The position numbers were made by a program, and so were the translations under genes. This document shows, one piece after another, positions 38,054 to 49,432 of a stretch of 64,000 nt of DNA (positions are counted from its first letter, which is position 1; each line of letters opens with the position of its first letter). The notes beneath the pieces were generated by a model. It was not told the DNA's origin. It made no database searches and was given only the letters and a program-made list of their open reading frames with translations. The DNA is from Squalus acanthias. Its lineage: Eukaryota. The stretch spans positions 33,418,001 through 33,482,000 of the forward strand of contig CM059427.1 of assembly GCA_030390025.1 (NCBI GenBank), written 5' to 3'.

Positions 38054-38848
38054 GGGCCATAATTTGCTGTAGCAGGGCATCTAACGGCACTTGGTATTAG
38101 CTAGACTTGCCATTGCATGATTAGGTTTTTAAGTTTTTTGCGTGGCAAGTTGCTAATAACGGCGCAGCGAGGGAAACATCGCATCTGGGACCTGAGTGAA
38201 CAGGGCAAGCAATTGTGTAGCTCCTTAACCAATCAGATTGAAGGATTGTGAAATTAACAGCACAAGGACTGAGAAGGACATGTAAATTAGAGTGGATGAG
38301 TTCAATGTCAAATCAGGTACAGAAAGAGAAATAAAGAGAGGGAAAGAAACATTGGATTAAAAGAGAGACAAAAAGAGACAGAAAGAAATTTTTTTTAAAT
38401 TAAACATTTTAAATTTGACATTTTTAAAATCTCCAAAAGCAATTAATACCTGAAGGAATGAGTCTCCACACTTGTAATAGTTAATTTTCAGTGCCAGAAA
38501 GAATGTTTGGCAGTAATTAACACTTACCATGTTGTTAAAAGGATTCTTAGAGTGGAATGGACAAGACTTAACTTTCTGTTATCCAACACTAATTTCAGAT
38601 TAATTAGTTCATATCTACCGTTCAAATACAGCAACTTCACGCCATTCAATGCATTTCAATGGTGAGGCAGGCAGCGAGATGCCGTATTCGTGAAACTAAT
38701 GCCAGAGCGGCGCAACTCAGTCAGCAACTTCTGGATATTCGCATTTAGCTGCTTATCTACTCTCGCCTAAAGTTGCTGCACCATTTACACATAGCTAACG
38801 GTGAGCGCTGTTAACCTCACCATTACTCTGACAGCAAATCCGCGCTCC
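38054..38848. mobile_element. Harbinger-like MITE (family A, copy 2)
   Basis: Starts GGGCCATAATTTGCTG and ends CAGCAAATCCGCGC; colinear with 231-976. Confidence 0.7.
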
Positions 38849-39166
38849 TTATTTAAACATGCATATTTGTATTTCTTTCATGATTTTCTTGTTGCAATAA
38901 TGTTGATGTTTAGTAGAATTCCTAAATTATCCACAAAACTGGATAAGCATTTCTAACACTAACAAGTGCATGTGTATATTCAATGACCTGCACTCCCATT
39001 GGAGCATGGACTGGAGAGTTGATGCCACAATCTTGTAATGGTATCTCTGATCTGCATTTCCTTTGAGTGCAGCTTCCTGCTTGGAGTGTGGGATCACTAA
39101 GTTTACCCTATAAACCTTTGGTAGGATATGTATATGTATAATGTTGGCATTTATAGATAACATGAC

Positions 39167-39395
39167 GGGCTAGAAATTCGTGGTCTTAGTGCCACTCCGT
39201 AGCTCCATTAAATGGTGCTTAAATGGCGGCTGCTGCTTTTTCACCAGCTGCTGGCGGTTCCTGCAGTGGCTGCCATTTTCGTGCTTACCTTTGCGCTGCT
39301 GGTAACTGGCAGCACCATGCTGGAGAAAATGGCGGCGTTGTGACGTAAATCAGCGTGCAACGCCAACTTTACATCACAAGCACGAACTTCGACCC
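39167..39395. mobile_element. Short Harbinger-type MITE
   Basis: GGGCTAGAAATTCG ... CGAACTTCGACCC imperfect TIRs. Confidence 0.45.
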
Positions 39396-39758
39396 TAGCG
39401 CTGAATTCAGCTAAAAAAGGAATACTTTGTGCAGTGAATGGGTTTATAGGGATTAGGAAGTACTGGGTATTGTTCATCATGAGGGAGCTGTGAAGATTCA
39501 CATCTGATTCCTACAAGGCAGCAGATATGTGCCTGGAAAGGTAATAACTTCTGGATAAATAGGAAGTTTTAAATTTTCGTTGACCCATTTACTTCAACAA
39601 TAGCAAGAAAAAAGCTTTTGCCATGTTTTATCAGAACAGAGGAAAATATAGCCCCTATTGTTTAGTTTACCGTACCCCCACCCCTCATTTTTATCCAGAT
39701 TTTGTTTGCCTGCGCTTAAAGCACTTTAATAAACCAAATCCAAACTTAAAGCATACAT

Positions 39759-40384
39759 GGGGATGATACTGAGTTTTTGCAGGGAACCCGGCATGGAATC
39801 GGCAACAAGTTGAAAACACACGTCCGAATATAAATAGCTGAGACCCAAATTGGGCCTTGAGCCTAATCTCCAAGCTATTGGTGAGCTGTAATGCCAATCA
39901 GGCGTCCCGATGCAGCTTGTCGGTCCTTCCTAAAATCGACTTGCTCGGATGCCAAGCCAGCCCATAGGCAGGTCCTGGAAGGAGGGAGTTGAATGCTGGG
40001 TGCCGGAGGCGGGGGGGGGGCACGCGGGACGGCGCGGCGCAGGACGGCACGGCGCAGGACGGCGGTGTGCTGCAGTATTGATATAGAGCACTGCTGCTCC
40101 TCCTGGGCTCCACATTAAGGTAAGTGGAAACCTTAAAACCTCCAGCAGTCCCTTTAAGGCCTGAAAAAGCTGAGCGGCGTCGACACAAGCTCTACATAGT
40201 TATTGCCCAATTTGATATCAGGGTTCTGCTTCAGGCAAGTACCCTTGATGACTAAAAGTCGGTCAATCCAAAATGGCGGCCGCCGAACATCGGCTGCAGA
40301 TTGGGTGATCCAAACATGACTTTGGATTGTTTCTCCCTCATTTTGAATCTGAAAAATGGTCAAAACGAGGTTGAAGTTTTCCCC
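39759..40384. mobile_element. GC/CpG-rich Harbinger-type MITE
   Basis: GGGG...TTTTCCCC ends, CpG-rich interior with GGCGCAGGAC repeats; no credible ORF. Confidence 0.45.
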
Positions 40385-40398
40385 ATATGTTTCTTATG

Positions 40399-40866
40399 TG
40401 TCAGCTGTGGCTCAGTGGGTAGCACACTCGCCTCTGAGTTAGAAGGCTTGTGGGTTCAAGTTCCACTCCAGGGACTTGCGCACATAAAGCTAGGCTGACA
40501 CTCCAGTGCAGTGGTGAGGGAGTGCTGCACTGTCGGAAATGCCGTCTTTTGGATGAGACGTTAAACCGAGGCCCCGTCTGCTCTCTCAGGTGTTCGTAAA
40601 AGATTCCATGGCACTATTTCGAAGAAGAGTAGAGGAGCTATCCCCGGTGTCCTGGCCAATATCTCTCCCTCAACCAACATAAAAACAGATTATCTGGTCA
40701 TTTTCACATTGCTGTTTGTGGGAGCTTGCTGTGCACAAATTGGCTGCCGTGTTTCCCACATTACAACAGTGACTCCACTTCAAAAGTACTTCACTGGCTG
40801 TAAAGTGCTTTGAGACGTCCGGTGGTCGTGAAAGGCGCTATATAAATGCAAGTCTTTCTTTCTTTT
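40399..40866 (+). mobile_element. Full-length Deu-domain tRNA SINE (SacSINE1/AmnSINE1-like)
   Basis: Box A TGGCTCAGTGG and box B GGTTCAAGTTC; central GGATGAGACGTTAAACCGAGGCCCCGTCTG...CATGGCACTATTTCGAAG block; L2-like tail GGCGCTATATAAATGCAAG(TCTT)n. Family name is from recall. Confidence 0.85.
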
Positions 40867-43800
40867 CTATATGCAACGTTGCTTGCATTGCCTGAGGATT
40901 ACAAATCCAACTACTTCGTGTTTCTTTTCTCAAGAATTGCAAGCAACCAGCCAGGCTCACTGTCACCTCTAAAAAGGGAGAACACCCAGCAATTTCCAAT
41001 CTACCAATTTAGTGTTTTCTCCACACAATTTTTGTCTCAACAAAATAATTTTCTGCAAAGCTATTAAAGACGAGTCTACAGCAGAAATGTGAGCAACGCA
41101 GCAAGCTTTAAGCTGGACTGACAAGTGGAAACTATGTGCCATTGCCATCAGAAATATAGTCTTCTTAAAATCCTGACACCAAGAACATATTCTACCATCA
41201 GTTCACTGCCACTGTGTAACCCATTGTCTCGAAATTTGAGAAGTTCCTTCATAACTGACAGTTGAACCTGGATAATTAAGCTGTTAACCATGTACTTCAG
41301 GGAACAGCGTGGCCATAAATCTGTCTTGCCTTGGTTCTTCCTCTTTGTTTAAACAAATCTCAGGGGAGGCAGATGAATGGCACTTGACACTATCCAGCTC
41401 TGCTGATAATGGATTAGATCAACACAATACTATGCACACCTCTTCTGCTGTATGGATTTCCTAAGAATCCTAAATTTTGACAAATCAATAACAGAAAGTT
41501 ACTGGTGTCATACGTTCCTTTCTCTTTCCAGTTGCAATTTTATCCAAATACAGAACAGTAAGAACTCTTTCAGAATCCAGCAGCAGCAATTTGTTGGCAC
41601 ACTCTAGCAATGACGGTCCGATGCTGATGAGTCTTTTGCAATATGGGGGAGGGGGCTTGTTTGTATTTCTTTGACTGTCACAGAGTGTTTAGTATCATAT
41701 TCCTTGCGTTTTTATTCATTTAGAAATCATACTAATGCATTTAAAGCAATGTAGCACATAATTATGAAAGCGACTGATACTGAAATGTTGTACTCATTTG
41801 TGATTTTAAAAATAATAATATATATGAAAGTATTATTTCGGTACATGTATTTAATAAAATGATTGCACAGCTTCACCGATGTTTCGAAGCTAAACTGCTT
41901 TCCTTATTTCTACAGACTCTGGGGTAATTTTAGTTTGTGCGTATAGTTTTTGCTGCTTGAGCCCATTCCCACATTTGTCTCACTTAGTTCCTTTAATGTT
42001 TCAGTATCTGCTGGAGTACAGCTGATGGAAATGCTGTATTCTAAGTTATTTGTGTTGCCCTCAGTTTTGTATTGTTAAAAATTGAGCAGTTTTTTTCTCT
42101 CTCTGTACTAGCTTTTCAGCTAGATCATACTTTAAAAGCATAGATTTCTCTTAAAATAAATCCCTGATAACTGAATCAAAAAGTATACAAAATCATAAAT
42201 GCGTCTGTTTTGATATAAATATCAACTCATCAATCTTTATGATGTCAACAACTACGCTATTTGCACGAATGTCCTTGTGACTGAATCAATTTTACTGCGA
42301 ATATTATGTTCACAAGTAACATTTCTAACTTTTCTGTGATATGCAGTAGTATTTAAGGGATGTATAAATTTGCACCACAACTTTATACGAACAAAGATTA
42401 TATCAGATATGAAAGGGGCATTTCATTTAGGTAAGCAGGCGAGAGCAATGCATAACTATCTGACAAACGGAAAGGGATAAAATCCACTGATTAGATGGCC
42501 TTGACAAATAAAATTATTTTAAAAATCCATAAATTCTTCAGCCTATTTCTTGAAATGTGCATATCACTCTGAGTTCACTATGTTATAGTGTTATTCTTCA
42601 ATAAGTAACCATGGTATTAAAACAATCATGCAAAAGCATAATCAGATTTTTAATATATTTATCTTAATCTTTGTAAATTCAGGTAGGGAACAGATGGCAG
42701 TATAGTCAATGAAAGAATGTCTTACTTTGTAGTTCCAGTAAAAAGAACTTAAAAAGCAAGTATAGCATGACTCACATGAGTAAAAATGTTAAAAGATAAA
42801 TGCAGTTTATTTCTGATGTCTATTATCTCTTTGATGAGTAATCTGAAGAAACACTTTCAATTATACGTGTTTCATGTTATAAATGATAACTTGAAGCTGT
42901 GCTGATTCTGAGGTTTTCACAAAAATTATTGGCCTCCAGAAGTTTTTTTTCTACTTTATAAGTTACAACAGGAGTCCTGATCCATCAGGAGACATCTTCT
43001 AACGTGAAGTTAAGGCCCTGGATTATTCAGATCTACACTGAATGTACACTATTTAAATAGTAACCTTACAGATCCCAATTTTGGCCCTAAAAGTATACAG
43101 GCAGGCACCACCACTGACTCCACCACTCACCTCACTGAAGTTCGCGAAGTCAAGCAATGGGGCTACAAAAAGCAGTACTTTGGTGCCTGTGGGGTACCAC
43201 CTCCCCCCACTAGAAAAGGTTCATAGTGTGGCGTAAGTGGCCAGCAAGGATGGGGGTGCCAGGCTCCATCCCGGAAACAAAATGAGCTCACCCCGCATGG
43301 CCCACTTCATAAGGAGGCTGTTCTTAATTTTTTTACGCTATCTTCGGGGGCTCAGACCTCGATCCTAGCCTGGACTTTCCACCACTCCCTTGGTGTACTG
43401 GCTTACGATGTTGCACAGGGTTTCCTGTAGACCAAGGATGTGGGAATTCCCAGCAATGGGAGTCCCTTCTCTTGGCTATGCCTCCTCTGATGTGGATGCC
43501 CAAGTAAGGGACACACAGAGGTTATGCCCCTTATCAGGCTCCATGAGATCTTCTGTCCAAGACCAGGATCCAGCATATTCAGGTCCTGGAAGAATTTGCA
43601 ACCGTTCCTCTGGAGTCCCGCTGAAGTTGCAAGAGGGTGAATTGCTGAGGAGCGGAATGAGGTGGCAAATGAACCAGATTGTGAAGGAAGGAAAGAAGCA
43701 TCCTGAGTTCAGAAGCATAATGCCTTGACTTCATCATACTCTATAAAACTTCATAGTTTCAAAATGACATTTGCAACAGGCAGTATCACCAAGCACTAAC

Positions 43801-43907
43801 CAACATTATATATATATTGCTGACATGAAAATGATGGCTGCTATCAATGCCTTAAACTTTAAGCTTATCACAACCCTGAAACTGTGTTACAACCTGTAAC
43901 ATACTTT

Positions 43908-44385
43908 ATATAGAATTACATAGAATATACAGCTCAGAAACAGACCATTCGGCCCAAATAATCTGTGCTGGTGTTTATACTCCGCACAGGTCTCCTCCCA
44001 TTCCATCTACCTCATCTCGGCCTTTCAGCATATCTTTCTATCCCCTTTTCTCTCATGTAATTGTCTAATTTCCTTTTGAAAGCATCTAAACTATTTGTCT
44101 CAACCACTTCCTGTGGTAGTGAGTTCCACATTCTAACCACTCTCTGATTAAAGAAATGTCTTCTTATTTCCCTATTGGATTTATTAGTAACTATCTTGTA
44201 TTTATCGCCCCTAGTTTGGATTCTCCCACAAGTGGAAAGATTCTCGCCACATCTACTCTGTCCAACCCATTCATAATTTTAAAGACCTCTATCAGGTCTC
44301 CTCTAAGTCTTCTAAAGCCACAACCTATTCAATCTTTCCCGGTGGCTGTCATCTCTCAGTTCTGGGGCCATCCTCGTAAACTTGC
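43908..44385 (-). mobile_element. Old CR1 3' fragment
   Basis: ATAGAATTACATAGAA tail and degraded RT C-terminus. Confidence 0.7.
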
Positions 44386-45114
44386 ACTCAACTTTTATTT
44401 TATTAAATATCTGAACAACACTTTTGCTGGTAATAGCCATGCTGTCTTGCTATGTGTGTCTTCAATCTCACAGTACCATCTGTTGAGTCTGGCATTATAC
44501 ATTACTAAGTGGCGAACATATGTGCTTGTTTTATCTGTCAGTGAGCACTCTCTGTTAGTGTGTACATGTATGAGAGACAGCTCAATGAGGTTTTACAGCA
44601 GTCAAAGTGAAAGCATTCCTGATGCAACAGGGTTCACTCTGCCTCTAGTGCGTTTCTCCAATTTAAGGCAGACCCTGGCTTCCTTTTTGTAACCAAATTC
44701 GAGTGCTGAACACAGCTGGACAAAAACAAAAGCTGTTTATTGAGATACAGGAAAGCAGATACTTAGTACTTAATACAGTAAAAGTCACACAGTGCAATAC
44801 ACCATGCTGGAAGCAATATCATAACAAACATAATGAGACCTGTACAAAAGCTTCGATTTAGAGTGAGAAACTGCTCCTCCAATGGTAATTTTGAGGATGC
44901 AATTCACCAGAAAAACTGATATGTGCGCTAGTGATTAAAGTGGGCTGGGAGCATCCAGTGTATCATTCTGACTCTTAAACTAACTAACTGATCGCATTAT
45001 GTCAGGTTTTGGGATCTTCTGACCATTTCCCCACAGAAACGGTTTGAAAAAAGTGAATTACTTTCAGTGTTTTGTAGTGTATTCATATATGCTTAAAAAC
45101 CAGTTTGAAATGAT

Positions 45115-45500
45115 GGGGGTAGAAATTGTTTTAAGCCTGCTGTCAGACGCAGAATGAGCGCTGCGCTCAGTGTGTCTGATCACATGGACATAACTAAGGT
45201 CCCAAATTGGTGCTCCTAATTAATTTAAATAAAATAGGCGGCTGTCAGTGCTCCTCACACTGTTCATTAGCCTAATGGGGGGTGCGGTGTGGGGGGTGGG
45301 GGTGACAATATCGTACGTTCCTGACACCATATAATGGCAGCCTGCATTCTTAAAGGGGTGGTGCACTTTGGCTCAGGCAACTGTCACTGAAGATTGTCAA
45401 TAATGGCAGGCAGAGGAGAACCTGCAAGTGCCCCTCATTTTTCTGATGCTACATTGGAGGTACTGGTGCAGGAGGTTGCTGCAGCCACGGAAAGCTGCCT
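45115..45500 (+). mobile_element. Harbinger 5' end with Myb-gene start, truncated by LINE-B
   Basis: GGGGGTAGAAATT terminus; MAGRGEPASAPHFSDATLEVLVQEV at ~45403-45478. Confidence 0.6.
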
Positions 45501-45504
45501 GCAT

Positions 45505-47290
45505 GGTAGAGAGAGTGAATGATTAAGTCAATGGATGTTGTAGAAATCAAGCAGAATGCTTTGTCCTGGATAGTGTCAAGCTTCTTGAGTGTTGTTGCAG
45601 CTGCATCCATCCAAACAAGTGGAGAGTATTTCATCAAAGAAAGAATGACAGACTTGCATTTCTATAGCACCTTTCATGACCACCAGAAGTCCAAAAGCGC
45701 TTTACAGCCAATGAAGTACTTTTTGAAGTGTAGTCACTGTTGTAATGTAGGAAACGTGGCAGTCAACTTGCGTGCAGCTAGCTCCCACAAACAGCAATGT
45801 GATAATGACCAGATAATCTGTTTTAGTAATGTTGATTGAGGGATAAATATTGATTAGGATATCGGGGATAACTCTCCTGCTATTCTTTGAAATAGTGCCA
45901 CAGGATCTTTTTACATCCACCTGGGAGGGCGGACGGGGCCTCGGTTTAACGTCTCATCCGAAAGAAGGCACCTCCTACAGTGCAGCACTCTCTCAGTACT
46001 GCACTGGAGTGTCAGCCTAAATTTTTGCCCTCAAGTATCTGGAGTGGGATTTGAACCACAACCTTCTGACTCAGAGGTGAGGGTGCTACCCACTGAGCCA
46101 TGGCTGACTTGTGCCTTTTAGGTGGTAGAGAGGCTTTGAGGAGTTAGGGGGTGAGCCACTTCCCGCAGAATACCCAGCCTCTGACCTGCTCTAGTAGCCA
46201 TGCATTTAAGTGGCTGGTGCAGTTCAGATTATGGTCAATGGTTACGCCCAGGATGTTGATGTTGGGGGACTTGATGATGGAAATGCCATTGAATGTCAAG
46301 GGAGGTGGTTATGCTCTCTCTTGTTGGAGATGATCATTGCCTCGTGCTTGTGTGGCGAGAATGTTACTTGTCACTTATCAGCCCAAGCCTGAATGTTGTG
46401 CAGATCTTGCTGCATGCGGGCAGGGACTGCTTCATTATCTGAAGAATTGTGAATGGAACTGAACACTGTGCAATCATCAGTGAACATCCCTACTTCTGAT
46501 CTTATGATGAAGGGAAGGTCATTGATGAAGCAACTGAAGATAGTTGGGCCTAGGATGCTGCCCTGAGGAACTCCTGCAGCAATATCCTGGGGGTGAGATG
46601 ATTGGTCTCCAATGACCACAACCATCTTCCTTCGTGCCAGCTTTGATTCCAGCCACTAGGAATTTTCCCCCTGATTCCCTCTGACCTCAGTTTTACTAGG
46701 GCCACACTCGGTTAAATTCTACCTTGATATCAAGGGCACCCACATTCACCTCACTGCTGGAATTCAGCTCTTGTATCCATGTTTGGATGAAGGCAGTAAT
46801 GAGGTTTGGAGCTGAGTGGTTCTGGCAGAACCCAAAGTGAGCATCGGTGAGCAGGTTATTAGTGAGTAAGTGTCACTTGATAGCACTGTTGATGACTCCT
46901 TCCATCACTTTTCTGATGATTGGGTGTAGGCTGATGGGACGTTAATTGACCGGGTTGGTTTTGTCATGCTTTTTGTGGACAGGACATTAATGGGCAATTT
47001 TCCACATTGTCAGCAGATGCCAGTATTGTAGCTCTACTGGAACAGCTTAGCTAAGGGTTAGTTCCAGAGCACAGGTCTTAAGCACTACAGCCAGGATATT
47101 GTCAGGACTAATAGCTTTTGCTGAGTCCAGTGCAATCAGTGAATTGATGTTACGTGGTGTGAATCGAATTGGTTGAAGACTGGCATCTGTGATGGTGGGG
47201 ACTTCAAGAGAAGGCCAAGAAGGATCATCCACTCAACACTTCTAGCTGAAGATGGTTGTGAACACTTCAGCCTTGTCTTTTGCTCTCACA
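45505..47290 (-). mobile_element. Older LINE-B copy, interrupted by a SINE
   Basis: RT fragments (GVPQGSILGP, MFTDD; ORF 46371-46625), colinear across the SINE. Confidence 0.85.
45636..46108 (-). mobile_element. Full-length Deu-domain SINE nested in LINE-B
   Basis: Reverse complement of 40399-40866. Confidence 0.88.
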
Positions 47291-47620
47291 AGTCAGATAT
47301 GCCAGAGTTACACCTGTTCCAAAACACTTGCTAAATTCCAGCGGAAATGGCTGTTGGCAGAAGATGTGCCCGCTCCAAAGGTGGTGGGCATGTCTGCAAA
47401 TGACAAGACACTGTGGGCTCAAAATGCTCTCCCAGAAATTCCAACATTTAAGCTGAATTCTACCTAACTTAGCTAAAACTTCAGCAAAGAGGGGTAAGTT
47501 ACCTGCATGACCTGTCAAACCAGGAAGTAGTTCAGTTCACAGACTTTGACTGTTCACAAGCTTTGACTGAAGCAATTAGATAAATATTATCAAACTTGAT
47601 GGTATCAGTTAGGTTCTGTA

Positions 47621-47972
47621 GGATGTGGGCGTCATTGGCATGTCATTTATTGCCCATCCTTACTTGCCCTTAACTGAGTGGCATAATAGGCCACTTCAGA
47701 GGGCAATTAAGAATCAACCACGAGTCACATATAGGCCAGGACCACAGGTTTCCTTCCCTAAAGGACATTAGTGAACCAGTTAGGGTTTTTACGACAATCC
47801 GTCAGCTTCGTGGTTACTTTTACTGATACCAGCTTTTTATTTCCAGATTTTATTTTAAACTAAATTCAAATTCTCAAACTGCCATACTGGAATTTGAACA
47901 AATATTCTCTGGATTATTAGTTCAGGCCTCTGATTAGTAATCCAGTAATCTAACCAGTACGCTACCATGCCC
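47621..47972 (-). mobile_element. tRNA-headed SINE composed of LINE-B 5'-region and 3'-tail sequence
   Basis: Minus strand has box A-like TAGCGTACTGG and box B GTTCAAATTCC. 47672-47772 matches 20982-21105 (LINE-B 5' region); 47621-47671 matches the LINE-B 3' end (~18015-18071). Confidence 0.75.
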
Positions 47973-48087
47973 TTCAACCTTGTGGACTATGTTCTAATCA
48001 TGTTGCATTTCCTTCACACCATCCTAGTTTAATGGTTCTACTCCAGAGCTATGAACTTCAGAATCATTCAGAGTTTGATATCAAGAG

Positions 48088-48217
48088 CCATCCATCCATT
48101 CTCCATCCATCATCTGTCCATCCATCTTCCACCCATCCATTATCCATCAATCATCCAATCATCCTCCATCTATCCATTATCCTCCACCATCCTGAATCCA
48201 TATTTCCTCCACCCATC
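48088..48217. repeat. Degenerate (CCAT)n microsatellite
   Basis: CCATCCATCCATT...CCATCCATCATC low-complexity tract. Confidence 0.8.
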
Positions 48218-48651
48218 TGGGCAGGAAGCAATTCCAGGGCCACCATCTTCAAAGTCATCTCATCAAGCTAGACTTTAGTAATGCATATGGTGTTGTAAAT
48301 AGTTATTAGCAACGTAATTTTCTTTTGTACTAGAAGCACTTACTTTGCTCTTGTTTTGTAGAAATGGTGATGCTTAGAGCAGTTTGACCTCACATAGCCA
48401 AACGCTGAGTTTGAAAGCCAGCATTTGCATTCAAAAAATGCGCACTTAGTTAATGCCAAAATAGATTTGAACATGGACAAACTGATTTCCTCTCCCCCCG
48501 ATTATAAAATGGAAAAATCTGTCTAAATGATTTTTCCAAACCTCTGGTATTTAAAATTCACTTAAGAAAGTTAGGCAGCCAGCGCTGCTGTGAAAAATGA
48601 CACATAAATTCTTTATTTGTGCTTATTAAACTTCAAGGTAATGTGTGTTTG

Positions 48652-48668
48652 TGATTAATGATTGACAG
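48652..48668 (+). promoter_or_regulatory. Candidate overlapping PBX-HOX and PBX-MEIS/PREP binding sites
   Basis: TGATTAATGA (TGATNNATKR) overlaps TGATTGACAG in non-repeat AT-rich sequence. Motif match only. Confidence 0.35.
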
Positions 48669-49254
48669 TACCAGAAAAGTCAGCAGACAAGAAAGCAGAT
48701 TCTTCAAAGTGCAAACGCGCAGTTATTTCCAGACAGCAATATTCTGGGACAGATTTACAGCAGCAGCCACACTAAAATCACTTTTATATTACCACTATTT
48801 TAGTTCCCTGAGTTCACACTGCTAAATCCTGCTCCCTTATCCTGCCAGCAGACTCTAAAACCTATGAAAGGCTTGGTCTATGAGCCTGCCATTGGGATTT
48901 GGGAGCTGAAAGGTGAATTTAGTAATATAAAAGCCAGGAGCTGGCTCACGGACAACGGTCTCTAGACCCTGAACTAAAAAGTGCCAATTATCAAAACAGC
49001 TCAAGTTTGTACATGAAACTAGCCTACGGTTTCCTTCCTGCTTCTTCGATCTACTGGTAATTAAATGCTCAGCTCATTAGTGATCACGAAATGATGGGGA
49101 CATATTCTGTAACAGCAGAGTGGTAATATTCTGTTCCTGAATCCACAAGTTGCAAAGATCGCTCCACCTTTCCAGCTTAAAGCTTTTAAGTTCCATCACA
49201 TCACAGTTTTCATAATTAGTTCAAATTCATTGTTATACAAATCACAATGAAAAG

Positions 49255-49432
49255 GAAAAAGAAAGACTTGGATTTATAGAGCAGCTTTCTTGAGCTCAGG
49301 ACGTCCCAAAGTGCTTTACAGCCAATGAAGTATTTTGTTGAAATGTAGTCACTGTTGTATTATAGGAAACATAGCAGCCAATTTGCACACAGCAAGATCC
49401 CACAAACTGCAATGTGATAATGACCAAATTAT
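49255..49432 (-). mobile_element. Deu SINE 3' fragment
   Basis: AAGAAAGACTTGGATTTATA...CCCACAAACTGCAATGTGATAATGACCA matches the SINE 3' end. Confidence 0.8.

Noticed and set aside
40399-40470. tRNA-like sequence with A and B boxes
   Set aside because: It is the head of a SINE repeated several times in the window, not a tRNA gene.
44156-44692. 178-aa ORF
   Set aside because: The first half is the antisense of a CR1 tail; the rest has no recognisable homology.
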